A DNA stretch of 47,136 bases, filler included, from Catajapyx aquilonaris (taxonomy: Eukaryota): assembly GCA_000934665.2 (NCBI GenBank). It is 2 parts of 2 records of this genome, joined end to end, with 100 filler letters (N's around TTAATTAATTAA, not from the genome) between each part and the next. Parts side by side here need not be neighbours in the genome. Positions count along the whole stretch, not along the records: positions 1 to 23,534 come from KZ539394.1; 1 more part is not named here. One strand, written 5' to 3'. The position numbers were made by a program, and so were the translations under genes. Under the pieces are notes generated by a model, which was not told the origin of the DNA, ran no database searches, and saw nothing but the letters and a program-made list of their open reading frames with translations. This document shows positions 1-15,000 of this stretch, piece by piece. How positions within the stretch are numbered: position 1 is the stretch's first letter; every line of letters begins with the position of its first letter.

Positions 1-240
1 GTGTCATCCGGAGTGGGAGGTGACTGTGGGTGGGGGACAGTCATCCCCATCCCTTTTCCACTCTTTTGTCGCTGAAAATGCTGGCGAAAACGAAGAAAAA
101 AGACCCCGAAAGATTAATCACACACGGTTCCCACTGTTATCCTGGGATTGCCACAACCAGTGCCACACCCATGCATGTGAAATTGCAACCCACGGACTGG
201 TCTAAAGGCAACATTACAAAAATAAGCAGCTTACACCAAA

Positions 241-915
241 TTTAATAACTAACAATTGAAGCTAATAAAGCCAATAACTATTATAACTAATGAAACCAAT
301 AAAACTATTGACCGTAAATAAAATTATTAGCAATAACACTAACAGCTGTCGTAACTAAAGGCCATTTCACAAAAAAATGTCGCGCTGCAAACGGCGCGAC
401 TTGCGGCAAATTTTGTATTTATATTTATTGTTGCCAACAATTGGCAACAATAAAATAATATAAATACGAAATTTGCCGCAAGTCGCGCCGTTTGCAGCGC
501 GACATTTTTTTGTGAAATGGCCTTAATACCTACAATAACTAATAGAAGTCATAATAACTAATAGTTGTTGTAACTAATACCTACAATAACTAATAGATGT
601 CATAACTAATACCTACAATAACTAATAGTTGTAACGAATACTTACAATAACTAAGTCGTCGTAACTAATAGTAGTTATCATAACTAATACCTACAATAAC
701 TAATAAATCATCATAACTAATACCTACAATAACTAATAAATTGTCATAACTAATAAACTATTATAACTAATAAGCTATCATAACTAATAAATTGTCATAA
801 CTAATAAACTATTATAACTAATAAGCGATCATAACTAATAAACTATTATAACTAATAAGCGATCATAACTAATAAACTATTATAACTAATAATTATAACT
901 AATAACTGCTAAATA
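241..915. repeat. AT-rich degenerate minisatellite (core ATAACTAATA, units about 15-20 bp)
   Basis: Dozens of tandem variants of ataactaata(aactatt/cctaca/agcgatc) read directly; interrupted by the MITE at 359-523. Confidence 0.9.
359..523. mobile_element. 165-bp foldback MITE, PIF/Harbinger (Tourist)-like
   Basis: Nearly the whole element is an inverted repeat (AGGCCATTTCACAAAAAAATGTCGCGCTGCAAACGGCGCGACTTGCGGCAAATTT... and its reverse complement); TAA target-site duplication at 356-358 and 524-526. Confidence 0.88.
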
Positions 916-1203
916 ACAAGACTTTGTGCAGCCTGACCATTCAGATGTTGTTTCTGGACATTTACCTGTCAGTTTGGATGACCATATTTCTGGCGTTTTC
1001 CTGGCTGGTGATTGGCCGTTTTTTGAGGAGTTGAGATAAGATTGGTCCGGTGACTTGAGAGATTGAAAGCAGTAGCATCTGGGAGGAGTGAAAAAGAAGA
1101 GTCTGTCGGCGCAAAACACGTCGAGTGCATTCCCCGTCAGACACGCCAAGGCGCGTTTCAACAGATTTAGAATATAAAGCCAAGAATCCTGGTAGTCTTC
1201 CAG

Positions 1204-1204
<1 letters not shown>

Positions 1205-1263
<59 letters not shown>

Positions 1264-1264
1264 C
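1205..1264. repeat. poly-C plus (CT)n microsatellite
   Basis: Direct reading. Confidence 0.95.
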
Positions 1265-4200
1265 ATTCTAACCCTTCCACCTTTTCACATTAAAAATGGA
1301 ATGCAGCAGGCGCGAGGGACTTTTTCTTTGGCAGATGAGAACATTGCTGAAATGACTGGCTTCTTCTTCCCTACCCACCACCCACCCCCCACCCTTTACA
1401 CCCCTTTTTTCCCTGCGTCTGGCGAGCTCTCCTAATGCTCTCGCCAAAGTATGCCGACGCCCCCCTTCAAGAAAAGAAGAAGAAGACGAAGAAAAAAAAA
1501 ATATCCAAGAGGGCAAAGAAAACCATTAAAATGACTTATTTACATCATAATGAAACTAAATCAAGGCAAAGGCTTTTAGTCTGTGGGGTGATGCCACATG
1601 TGCACAGATTTATCATATTTTTACCGAATAAAGTTTAAGGTTTCGAGAGGGGGGATCCTTCGTGGGAAAATCTTGGGAATGCCATTAAGAAGGTAAGAAA
1701 AAGAAGACATGTAAGCTAGGATCTTAAGAAAATATGACGTGCGCTTCCTCCTTTAGGGTTAGCTATTTCAAAGATGAAAGGATTGAAAATTACAGCAGAC
1801 AGTTGTTTCCGTCCTAATGCACATTATTTCGCCCCCGCAGCTGCTGCCACCATTAGCCCTCCCTTAAGTTTGAAAAAAAAATGCTATAATGGGGAGCTCC
1901 TTTCTTTCAAATGCCTATTAAAAAGGACAAAATTGGTATTTGAGCCGCTCACAAGCAAAAAATATGACGTTTCGTCTGTGTGTTTTTTACGCTCCGGATT
2001 TTAGGGAGAGAAGGGTGGGAGAGATCCAGTTGAGATGTTTTAGACTCGCATATGGACCAAATGGGGCATATCCGTTTCCTTCACAACTGCCAGGCTAAAT
2101 CTGTGTGAGAGACACAACCAACAGCATATAAGTTGAACAGAGACAAATTAATATGTTCTTGGCCGACACGTTTATCGCAACCCAAAATATGGAGGGAAAA
2201 AGACATATATAGTATAACACGGGAAGCATACTTGATAATAATAATGAGCAGCCTCTTGTTGTTTTGGTCGCGCAGAAAAGAGGAAGGAGACAAACGACGT
2301 GGGAATAATTGTTCTGATTAATTTCTCCTCCACAGTTTTTATCTAGTCTGGAGGGAAGTCCCCTCTCTAATGAAGCCACCAATATTTCATTTCGACGTTG
2401 CCACGAAATAGATTAGACACCGCACTGTTGTTGGGAAGTCCTCTATTTCGGGAGCAGCCTTCCTCTGAAGAATTGTGCAGACAGTAATGATCAATGTGGT
2501 AGGTAAGATGGCATGTTTTGGAGTCTGGAATTGTTGACGTAATTAATCGACGCTGTACTTTGAGCTAATGAAAACTCCTGTCCCGATTGATGCCCGGTTG
2601 GACATAAACGAGCGTCGTGAAATTTTTTGGAGGAGGGACACTTTACATTATGCACATGATAGGCATGAGGTCTATAATCACTGTACCACATGGCCCCCAC
2701 CAATAAACAACCTCCAAAACGACTCGAGCTAATTTTATGTGGCTGTGATTTATATATTTTTATCTAGCAGTTATTCATGTATAATTGGGTTTGAGCAACT
2801 ACGCGGCAGGTGGCAGAAGCGTGGCTCAAAATCCAAACATCGTCAAGGGTTGATGGATAGGAAATTGCGGTAGCCACCATGTCAACTAATGCCATCTGAC
2901 GAAAGTGGTTACCTGGTAAGACTACTAAGTACAGCACTCTAAAATATTTTAAAAGTTTCAAGGCTGTACAACATTACGCACGAAGTAAAAATTTGCACTT
3001 ATTACGAATTAATTACGCCTGGGTGAAATTTCCAGTTGACCGTGGATTGCGCTCATAAATTACAACCGAAGAAAAGAAGGATGTGCGGTTGTATAGCTTA
3101 GGCCCAAATATTTTCTTCGCGTGTCCTTTTTACTGCATAGCTCCCGGTGCTGACTTTATTCCTCACGAACATGCAAGAAAGCTGAAAAGCTGGAAGCCAT
3201 CCCCCGTTTTACTAATTTTCCCTGCCAGTCTCACTTGTTTTTGCCCTCATAACCATTTTTTCCTCCCTTCCAACATTCTAATGTCCAGCTTATTATCAGT
3301 GAGCGATTGACCTTTTTTTTGGTCAGCAGTTAGCTTGATAATAATGATATTGAGGCTCCTTTCTGGCCGTTTTAGTGGGTCGGGACCTGATGTGTTTTTT
3401 TTGCCTTGGACTAAGAATTGTCTCATGCAAACAATATTTCAATAACATTGCCTCGGAAGCCGTTGCCCAGCAACACGGGCATTGCTAATGCGGTGTTTCC
3501 AACCCCCCCGGGTTCTCTTGGTCGTGTTGCATTAGCGACATATTTCAAGTGCGTTCCGCTAGCAACAGATTAGCAAGGAATGCATTTTATTTACCAGGAG
3601 GTTGAGTAGGTAGGGTGTTATATAGGATCGAAATCTGCAGCAGGCCGTACAGAATTGGGTATAATGTCGCTGCATTATGAAGCTCCCCTTCCCCATAAAT
3701 ACTTTTTCTTGTTTGGAAGGTGGAATTGCAAAAATGTAGAAATTGGCTCGCGTACTTGGCAGCTTTTGTCGCTAGGGTGCTCGGGATTCGACAAGCTCTG
3801 ACGGTTTTATTACAAAATACACGAAGGCCTGCAAAGTAGGCGACATATCTTCGCTGCTGGGCAAAACTCTTCCTGAATCTGAGCCACGAGGTTTTATATG
3901 CATGCACCCCCCTTTGTAATATTTACGAGGTGCACGACACACTCGCGTGTGCTGTAAATGATTCAAATATTGCGTACTTGGGCCAATGAGCTCGTTAGTT
4001 TTCGGTGGGTCGCATCAATATTTTGGTTGGTAATTTGCATTAGGAAAGTAAGTTAAGACCGTGGCGATGGTAGGACAAACACGACAGATGTCGTCTCTTC
4101 AGACATACTCGTTACCACTAGGTCAAACCATGAGTTACGTTACGACCGACACCAACAGGACCATATTTTGTTGACTGAACGACCTTCTCGACACACTCTG

Positions 4201-7200
4201 CAAGTTTTGTCACATTTGTCGCCTCTGCCTACACCCTACTCGGAATACCAAATTGAAGCAAGTGCCGTTTTTGGCAATTCAAGGGTGCGGTACCGCCATT
4301 GAGTGAATCAGTTCAACACACACGTTATAAATATCCGTATAGAGACAACGATCCATTCTTGTGGCCCCCGCACAGATATTCTTATCTCAGAACAAGCCGA
4401 AAAAAACGAGATCGCCATAATTGGTCCGTATATCTTCTGACCTTGTTGCTTATATCAATTTCCTTATTGCTTCGCCTTATATTTTTTTTCCAAAGCTTAC
4501 CAAAAAGATCAACTCCTAGGTCCGTGACCTCACCGAAGCAAAACCATGTCCTATTCACGACTGCATGAGCAATTAATCAAACAGTGGGCGTAATTTCAGA
4601 AAGAAAAAATAATAATAACCATGGCTCTAATTTCCCCTGTGCTCTTTTTCATGATCGGAATGGCTTGGGCGAGGCAAAAGAGTGTGCAACCTTTTGTTCC
4701 CGGACCTCCGATTGAAAGAAATGAAAATGGAAGGTAGGGGGGGGGGGNAGGGGGGGGGGGTGGTTTACGTTGAAGGAAAAAGGATTCCTCAGGAGAACAG
4801 CCTTGGGAATCCGGGTTGGGAGTAGTCCTCTTGTTCCACCAAAAGGGGGCGGGTATCCTCCACATATCCTCACCATTCACCTTCCTTTTTTTCCATATTC
4901 AACTTCTTCGCCGCCCCGTCATTCACCCATCTTCGCATTGTTCTCCTCATGGCACTTTTTTGGACCCCTTTTGGATTCCTCACATACCAAGGACAGGTAA
5001 AAAAAAGGGCGGACCATTTTTTTAAAGATATCAAATCTGGTGTACATATATGGTCAGATAACCGTAAACATTGTCGCAAATTATATCGTCACGAAAGAGA
5101 AAATTATCGACTCGCCAACTCCGCCTTTATAAAATGCAATCGAAAAAAGGGTTACGCGATATGAGCAGATAAGTTCCCATTAGTTCCTCTATATTCCTGG
5201 CCTTGGACTGGAAAAACCAATGCCAAGTCTCTCCTGATAACTGGTGTTATACCACGCTCTTTTACCTATGTTGTTGGGGGGTAATTGTTTGTACTTGGCG
5301 AAAGCCCGCGATAGGGTCGGATTTTTAGTGGGGAGTTGATTGATAGGGTGTAAAATTATTGATTCAGACTTGTTTGAAAAGAAGTGCGTCTTATCAGACT
5401 CTCGTGCGGCCTCGAAATGCTGATTTGTTCCAGTTAGCACGACTCCTAAATCTACACCATGGGGCATGAGTAGGCAAAAATTGCGGACTCAATTTTTTTA
5501 AAGCTGAATTGGAAGTGACGTTGCTGAATTTTACTTGGTTCCTACAATAAATTATCAAACAATTAAACTATTCTAAAAGCTTTGTCGGCAATGGGATGTC
5601 AGGTTATATCAGATAAGATATTAGAAATTTTTTGACACACACAAATTTCACGCTTCGATATTCCACGTCCTCACCTGCCACAGCTCGAGAATAAGCGAAT
5701 GCAATAAAATTACGGACAATTACTATAAATTCCGGAATCAAGCTCGACTAATGTGATTGGCAATTACCCGGAGCAATCCAGGGGCATATCTGGGGTAAAA
5801 ATCAAGCCGAAGCGGTTGGCTACCGCAATTCCCCAAAGCCAGTCGTGCTTGACAACACACGCCGCATTTTTCTACACGACTGGAACTAATTTTCCCTTCT
5901 TTTGACGATTGTATCACAGCCTGTTTTTGCATGTTTCTCAGGGGCTGTCAATTTACCTGGACAGCCCAAAGAGTGTGGAGAGGATGAGAGCTTTTCATCA
6001 CACATTTTACTGCTGGACGCCGTCACACCTCGGGTCCAGGTGAGAAAAAAGGCATAATCAGATCAAGCTCTGACATGTACATATTTTTTTGTTCTGGTTA
6101 CAATTGCACTGGGAGATAATTAGAGAAAATGGTCCGTGTTGTGCCAGAGGGAAACAAAATTAGGCGATGACTGAGATCTTTTTGGCGAAGCGTACAAAAG
6201 AGCAAGTTCAAGGACTATAGGACTGTTTTGGAGTGTGATAAACGGACTCACCCTGTTAAAAGAGTGTCGGTCGATTCTTGCACTATTATTACTGGAACTT
6301 GTAATTAATTGACAACAAAGTGGTCGGGGGAAAGAGACAAAGCGGAGCCATCCATTTCATGGGGAGCGCTTTGCCTTTCCTCAGCACATCTTGGAGAACA
6401 GCTTTGTTTATTGGACACCATTGTCTGGCTTGATGAAACTGGGGAGCCAGGAATATTTTTGTGGGTTGTATCGATCTAGATGTCCGATTCTGGAGCGACC
6501 CAGCTCTGTTGGATATAAATTGAATGCTTTGGAAGCACGGAAATGATATGCAGTAATACTAATCAGCGTACAAAAAGGCATTGCGGTACAATTTTTGAAA
6601 ATAATTATCTTTCGTTACAACGTATACAGTGCGACATTTTATCTGTAATCATTAAGGTGGAGGAGTCAGCTATTTCTTTTTACAATTAATTACATTAAAG
6701 CACTAAACCGCATATTTCGTAACACGTGTATGGGAACATAATTATGGTGTTATGTAGTTATTAAATATCATAATAATGTCTTGTGACATCCTACAATAAA
6801 TTAATATCTACTGCATATTGCATGGAACTATTTTTAGTCGAGGTCCTATTTCGACTTCGTCTATGAACAGCGGGGATTTCGGAACTGTAATTATTCTGTC
6901 GTTATTAAACATAGCAGGCATCGTTTGGTATTATGAAAATTTTCAAACTTCCGGAAGGAAGGAAGAAGTAGTCTACGAGTAAATCAATAAGTAATGAAAA
7001 TCTACCCGAGGTCAGAATATAAATACCTGCAGATTGAAGATCTCTTACAAGACCAAAAATGGCCTTCAGATCAGTCGAAAATGACCAATTTTTTTCAATA
7101 TATTGTTCAAGCTCACTCTATACGTGGAATTGGTGCCAATTTTGTAAACACATTTTATGTAAATATTGATATTATACCATGGCCAGTAAATTGAGCCAGG

Positions 7201-9071
7201 TCGCCGACCAATAAGAACCCTTTCATCATACGCTGCAATACTGTACTTTTCATTCTGACGGCTTTATGCTAGAAATGTAGATAGCGAAAATAAGCAAATA
7301 ACAGGGCACGTGTTCCAAGGCCACTTTGCAGATACCGATCACATCGCTACGTTATTTATCCTATCAGCTGATCATGACCACCACTTACATCACGTCTTTC
7401 AATTACTAATCCTATATTTTTGGTCAAACTGCATGACCTGGGGGCAGACCTGTTGGCTCATTCTTGCCAGTTGCTGGGGGGTACATTGTTGAAAGTGAAA
7501 GGAAGAGAAATCCAAATAATTTTTGGGCTTAGGCGATTGGCTCAAATGTGACGACCCCCTATCCAGTCTTTTGTCGCACTGTGACCTCCAACCGTGTCAA
7601 ATGCAAGACAGAAAAATCGAAGTTTGCCCCCCACAACACACACTTTTTCTCCACTCCCACCTCATTTTTACCCTTCATTTTCTGGCCAGACTTTTTCACT
7701 CTCCCAAGTAATTTGGGGAGAGCGTGCCAGGCAAGAAAACAATATCATTTCCGTAGCAACCTGTGCCGAGTTTATCTGTTTTGCTGAATATAATGCCAGG
7801 TTGCCCCGGCGACGTGTGGACAATATTCATAAAAAGAAAGATCTTATTGAGCTAACAGGATTTTTACCCCCCTCATGCCCTCCCACCTTCTGCGCCGGAA
7901 AGATAAGAATTTATAGATCTAGACTTTGGGCGTACCGTTTTTCTTTACAGGCCGCTCTTCAAAAGGGGCCTCTTTTATTGTTATTTTTTTAAAACCCCCT
8001 CTCGGCCTGAAAGGAGAGTCTGCTAATAATGTTGATTAAGGATATCATGGCCGACGTTTCGGATGTTTATGATCCCACTTGAGGAAAAAAAAGGTTGAAA
8101 AAATAGAGTACTATTTTGGATCTGGCAAAGGAAAAATCTATGACTATTGGTCAGTATTACGTGTCGTGGGGCAGTAAAAACCTGAGGAGATGTTATCGAA
8201 GAAATAAACCCAATTTCCAAAGGGGGGGAGTGTAGTGTTAGGCAACGTGACGCATGTAATCAACTTAAGGGCTTTTTTTTTAAAGGCTGAGTATAGTGAA
8301 GAGTTTTTGATGCGACGATGGTGCAAAGTTTTCTTTTTTCTTCTTTTTTTTAGAAGGCAAAAACGTACAAATGTTCCCCCACCTTATCGATTAGGTCATT
8401 GCACCATGGTGACGGAGAGTTATTAAGCTAAGAATCGATAACCTAATAACAGGAAAAAATGGGAAGGGGAAGGTGGGGGAAGTACGGCGTCTTTTGAATT
8501 TTTTGTTGTTGTTTCCAGGTGAGTGTCATACATGGGGGTGTTATAATTTAGTCAGGGTCAAACTAGAGATAAGTGCAGATATCTGTGTCTGAAAATGTCT
8601 TCTCACGACCTTCATTATGTAGGAAAACATGGCTGATCTGATTAAGACAATTTGATGGACGTAATAAGTCTGATTGATCTCGACGCTTCTCATCGTTCTA
8701 AGGTTTGTTTTTTAGTTTGTTGGCTCATTCACATGTTCAATATTTATTATTTTATCAAATACATTAAAGACGTTAATAGTGCTGTGTACTGAGGCAAATA
8801 ATTTTTAATAGCTTTATATGTCACCGATGCGTTTTTATTGCCAGAGTGACATTATAGAGTTGAATAGTAACCTACTGTACTGGTGTGTGTCCACAACATT
8901 ACGGACATGGATTATTCAAGTAGTCCGAATGACCAATACATGTTGCGTCCAAACTTTTTCCAACTCGCACCTGCCGGTAATTTTGGCACCAAAACAAGGA
9001 AATGGTCCCATGTCGCCTGTCGAGTATAAATAATGCAGTGCTGGTGATGGGGGCGGAGTTTCCCAGAAGCT

Positions 9072-9089
9072 NNNNNNNNNNNNNNNNNN
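9072..9089. other. Assembly gap (18 N) next to a poly-C tract
   Basis: N run. Confidence 0.95.
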
Positions 9090-12000
9090 CCCCCCCCCCC
9101 CTCTCTCTACATTATGAAGCCGACGCTCTTTGGTAATAAGCGCGAAACAACTTGATTGACGAAATCTACAAGCGTAATTAGGGAAGAAGTGCAACTTTGG
9201 TCACTAGTAACCAGTTTTCTGTTTGAAGCGTTGCTACCGGGCAGGTTCTCTTCAACAGCCTTGTATCCTCAACTTAAGAGGAATTTCTCCTCTACTTTTT
9301 TTTTTCTTGTTGGATTCATCTCTTCTCCATGACTTTCCTCCTTGTCAGAGCATTTTCACACCAGCATGAAATAGGAGCGTGCACCTGATTAGCAACTTGT
9401 TTCCCTCTTGCAAATTATATAGGTTTCGCTTCATAAAACCAGTGTTGGCTTTTTGGCTCGTTGATGGTCAGCTTCTGTAGGCCTCTTGTTTTCCTAGGGT
9501 TTTCTTTTTTTAATACGTCTATGGTGGAAACTAGTTTTGAGCCAGGTTTGCTAATTTTATTCCCTTGCCTATTTTTCTACAACGCATGCTTCTGTTCTAC
9601 GTAGAATATATATATATTTTTTTCCAACTCGTCATTCCTGAAACGTAATTGCAACTTTAGTTGTACAGGTCTAGCGTATATCTGGACTGTTGTGGAGGCA
9701 TAAAAAATAGGTTAAAAAGACAAGTGTGTAAATTATTCATGCAGCAGGATCTGTGGATGTGTAGAACACGCGTTTACAATGAAAGTAATGTTCGAATGCA
9801 TAATGGCGCAACGTGGAAGTAGCCAAATGGAGAATAATGTGCTGTCGTTATTTATTCATCTCGAGCACAACAACATAGCCTAATAAAACGGGAGTTAATT
9901 CAGGAAACTGTAAACTTCAATTAGTCTCATTAACGTAACTGTCTGGGATTAAAATAATATAAGCAGAATTGCTGTGTACACTGTAATAATCTTGGAATTA
10001 TTTTGTTAATAACATTACTAATATTAATACTTTTAATGACACATGTTACGTACTTAAATATTGATCAACAAACACTAAACTATGGACTCTTGTCAAAATA
10101 ATTAGAAAATCAATCAATTAATCGACACACCAAAATATGCACAAAATGCACCCCCCCCACCCAAAAAAAACAACAACAATACATTTCTGTACCTTTTGTT
10201 GTACAGTACTGCACAGTGTAGACTACTTCAGTACTTGAACTTCATGATAATAAACTTTATGGTGATGGTACCGGTAACGTGCTTCACTACTGATCGACAA
10301 AAGTGTCACAAAATTTGGCATTCATTATATGCAAGGTCATATTTACGTTTGCAATTTCGACTAATTATTATGCACCATGCATGACGGAAGATTCCGGTTC
10401 ACTTTCCCAATTTGGATAATACATCGAATTGACACCAAAAACACAATACACGCCTGCCAACCCACACAATCCCCATAAATTGGAGCAACCCCATCCAGAT
10501 CAAAATCAGCAATATAAAGGGTCGGCGAAAAACAAAAGCCTTAATTACTGTTAAGGGAACTTCTTACTTACGGTTTTTGGAACCATTTCCTTTTCACTCC
10601 ATCGGAATACACAATCGGTCTTTTTCCCTAATTGAATATTTTCTCGAGCAGAAACCCACCTTTTTTGGTCTGGATTTCGAACTCCGGACCGTCTTTTTTA
10701 ATGACTCCTACTTGACAAGCCCGTTTTTCATGCAATACAAGGTTGTCGCCCTGAAGGTAATTTAAACCCCGACACTTTTATAACTGCTGGAGGTGCGGAC
10801 TTCTTCTGTTTTATGGACGAAGGACGGAGCGAAAAATTTATTACTAAATAAATTAAAGGTTATTTTTACGAGGTAATGATCATTGCTAGGAGGAGAGAGA
10901 GAGAGAGTCCAGAAGTGCGATGGAAATGCTTGCCAAATGCCACGGATAGAAGAAAAGGATGGGAGGTAGAGCTATTTTTGTGTAATAAAGAAACGCCATT
11001 TGCAAAGCTCGCACTTGTTACACTAGTTTGCTTGGCGATAAGGTTTACCTTTGTGCGAACTCCAGGAGGAATCTCAAGACTCTTGATGGATTCCCATCCT
11101 GGCCGGAAGAAGCTGAAAAAGAAACGGGCTATTTTGGAACACCATAACCTATAGGACTTGTAGTGCCGGCCAGCAATTCTGCAAATTGCATTGCTGTGAG
11201 GTCTGCCATACTAGCTCGCAAACAGCTCGGATCACATGAGAAGAGTGTTCCTGTGAAGTCAACAGGGTTGAGTCATTCACTGATTCAATTGAACTGTGTA
11301 CAGTACATACACTTGAAACATCTGCAAGTCTGGCCAGCTTTGTCGGATAGAAAGGCTGCTGTCGATATTAGAGTGCACAATAATGGCTGTGTCAGCAGTG
11401 CTTCAACCCTGTCTGAATCCAGTCTTAAGGCGATGCCCGTGTCGTAATATCGACTTAGCAATTTCAGGTCTAATGCTTAATGGAACCGTGCACGTGGCTC
11501 ACTACAACAAACCCTGTGATTTGCAACCTGAGTGTTTTTCGACTTGTGTCACGAACCGCATGCAGAGTTTCACAAAACTACAAAAAAATCAAACTCGGTC
11601 TGTCAAGTGATTGTGGCCCATTGGAATAGAAATTGGCATCTTCATTTCTAGCCAGATATAAATGTGTGTGGTTTTCCCGTTAGATTTTGAAGGGCTTTTC
11701 TATGCACCATTCTCATTCCCTGCTTATTGATTCGATGGGCGTTAGCCATGTACGTATATTTATTTCCATTTCTATAAGGCACGGTGAAAGCAGCATGGAC
11801 TCCAGACCTGTCATTGGCGAAATGAAAAAGAAAATTGCGAATCATGAATAAAGCATCGATACTTCACAAGGGGGGAAAGGCTTGAAAAACTTTTTTTTTG
11901 AGGGGAAAAGAGGTTACGTGTTTTTCGCGTGCAACTTTTTTGAGTTAAATTGTGCACATTTTAACGTCAACGAGATTCGCTCATGCGGAAGATTCAACGT

Positions 12001-15000
12001 CGAATAACAGTGTTCGAGATCGGTTTTCCATCACGCTTGAAGACTAGTTTTTGATGCCTACAATTCCCCCAGGGAATTTACTGCCGACGATTATAGGGCT
12101 TCATTCACGGTCTTAAAAAGTTAATAATTCACTTTTAAAAAAATACGGTCGAAACATGCACCTTACGAGCACCAATATTTCTTCCGACCGGAGAGAGTTT
12201 CGGAAATTCGCTTTCTCTTATCTTTTGTCAATATTGATCGCATGTTGCGGTTTTTGCAGCATAGTCACACCATCAAGGTCTGGACTACACCTGAGACGTT
12301 TCATGAAGGTCGTACCGTACACAATGATAATTCTATCGCTTCTGGCACAAGTCCGAATAATTTCCTCGTTTTTTTTGCGCATCAAACTATTGTTTTTTTC
12401 ACATAACAGTTATCACCTGTCAACAGTATAGCTGGCGGTGATTTTTTTTATACGTTCGAGTACATAAGGTGTAAATATAACGCACCTTGTGATAATGCAT
12501 AGCCTTCACTAAGATATTATATAATAACGCCATTGCTCATAAGGAGAAACTTATACAGATTGTTTACTCCAGAATGTGCATGGAATTCTGATATTTTTTG
12601 TACAAGGTGCTGAAGTGAATCTGTGAGAAACATTGTATAGTAACTATTTCATCGCCTGATCGTGGCTCTGAACACATCTTGCCTAATTGAATGCTCACCA
12701 AAAAAAAAACCTATTATATCCCAGTGTTTTTACGACCCCGGCATGAATATGTAAGCGTAAAAAGAGCGAAAAACACGAACTCCTCTCGAATCCAAGCGCA
12801 ATTAGAATCAATCTAGCCCTATAAAATATCCCCATTTCTGTAAACACAAGCCGAGAGCGGATTGGTGGGAGGCCTAACTGCATAATAACTTGATGAAAGT
12901 GCTATTAGCGACTAGGGGCGGGAATTCCTTGATGCAACGTGTGTGGGCGGCAAGGTAACACCTGCTGGAGGCCCACGACCACACCCGAAGATCTAGGGGG
13001 TTCAAAATACCCTTTTTTTACCCAGCTTCGATAATAATTTTCATATGTGAGATTAATGATCTGGGATTAAATAAGGTTAAAAGACGCAGCTAATTAACAT
13101 TTTAAACAGTTTAGTCAAAAAATGTGGGGATGTAATAATGGGCAAACGCGTTTTCAGACTGATGATTGACAATTATTGATTGCCTTGGAAAAACTTGCTT
13201 GAAAAGGTCAAAAATGGAATTTGGAAAGGGTGAAAAAAAGTGGGCAACGGTTTTGCGCATGGGTTTTAATCAATGGGATATAGATAGATAAACTTGGCTG
13301 GTGGCTCGTACTTCTAATGATTTCTAGGCGGCTTGCATGGTATCAGGAAGATTGATCTGGTCAAACCTTCGAAAAGAGGGCATCAACAATCGTTCAAAAT
13401 ATAATTGGGTGCCAAGACAAAAGACAACAGGAACCTTAGTTGGTGCTGGGAGGGGGAAAAAAGGCTTAAGAGAACGGCAGAACTACTTTGCAAGCGTTTA
13501 CTTTAGACTTCACTATCAGGCTTTGCTATCTAAATTATCCCATGATGACTTGTTTAGGTGGTACAAGCAGCTAGGTTTTTGTAAGAGGAGATGGTCGAAC
13601 CCTGATCAATTCAAACCTTATGTAATTTACCGCAAATTTTTTGCATTAAAATTTTTTACATGAGCAAATGATGGTACTGTCACGAGATGGCAGTACATAT
13701 GCTGGTGTCGATTATCCCCGCAAGGTCAGAGAATCCCCGAGGCTGTTACGACATCCCCCCAAAAACGAGTCATCGTAAGCGCGTAGGCAGCAGCACCGAC
13801 TGAATGACCACGGAGGTCACTGGGTAAATAAAACTAGGCTACCGTTTAGCACGACGGAAAGAGAAAGGGGGGTGAATGGTCCGAGCATAACAGCAAGAGG
13901 TACAGATATATACACACACGTGGTTTGCTGGGTCAAGAGCCCAGGCCACCACCAGGCCACACCCTGACCATCTTGATTGATTGACCGATTGATTGATCGG
14001 TTTCAAATCGCTCTGCCATAAGTTGTCCCTGCGAGGTGGTGGAAGAGAGAGGTGAAAAAAAATTTGGAGGGAAAATTAATTTACAAGTATCCAAATAAGG
14101 AAAACTAAGGATTTACAAGCTCGTATGGGTGTGGTGCCCTTGGCGTAATTTGTCGGTATGGAACTGGATTGATTTGTTGTGTATAGGATCAAACGAGCAC
14201 CACGATTGTTAAGCACGTTGCAGAAATTTGGTATGGTAGCAACGAGTTGATGCAATTATTGCAGAATCCTCAGTCTTTCAGTTACTGCTGGTTTTAGCAC
14301 AACTAATCGTCTGTCATAAAAATAGCAATATTGCTATATAGTTTTTAAAAAAGAGGTCCTGACCGCACTTATTGCATTTGGAAGCGTATGAAATTTCCTA
14401 TTCGCTTTTTCTAAACTTAACGGACCTCACCTGCTGCATTTTGGTACCTTTTGCAGGTGCTGCGCCCTATTCTGGCCGTTCCAAAGCGCAGCAGGTATAT
14501 GACGCAGCATACTGAACACAATGCTGAGAAGTGGGAGGGGGCAAAAAAAAGTGGGGAGTAAAAAAAGGAGCAAAACCTGACATAAATGGCAATCCATAAT
14601 GCGGGACAAGTGCGGGCGGGGGGTAGCAGGTATAAAATAAGGAAATGGCCGGCTGGCTTTTCGAATGGAGGACGAAAACGTCGGAGATTAAGTGGCCCTG
14701 CTGTGATGTAAATTTGGACGGCTGCACTTCATTTGTTGGGTGTATCTGCGGGTGTAACAAACAAAAAAAAATTGGAGAGAGAAGAGGACAGTGGTCGTGA
14801 CTTCAAAATTGCAGAGATCATGTCTTTTTATGAGCTACTGTTTGTCGGGGAAAAGGAAATATTGTTGGTTCGAGACTCCTGCTGGGTAGGACCTGATGAA
14901 GTTTCTAAGTTCTAATTATGGGACTCACATATGCAACAAAAAAATGTGTAATATATTGGGAAAAATTCTAGATGACAGACAATATGGGTTATTAATTTCT

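Noticed and set aside
241..915. CRISPR-like array
   Set aside because: Degenerate tandem repeat without unique spacers; eukaryotic context, no cas genes.
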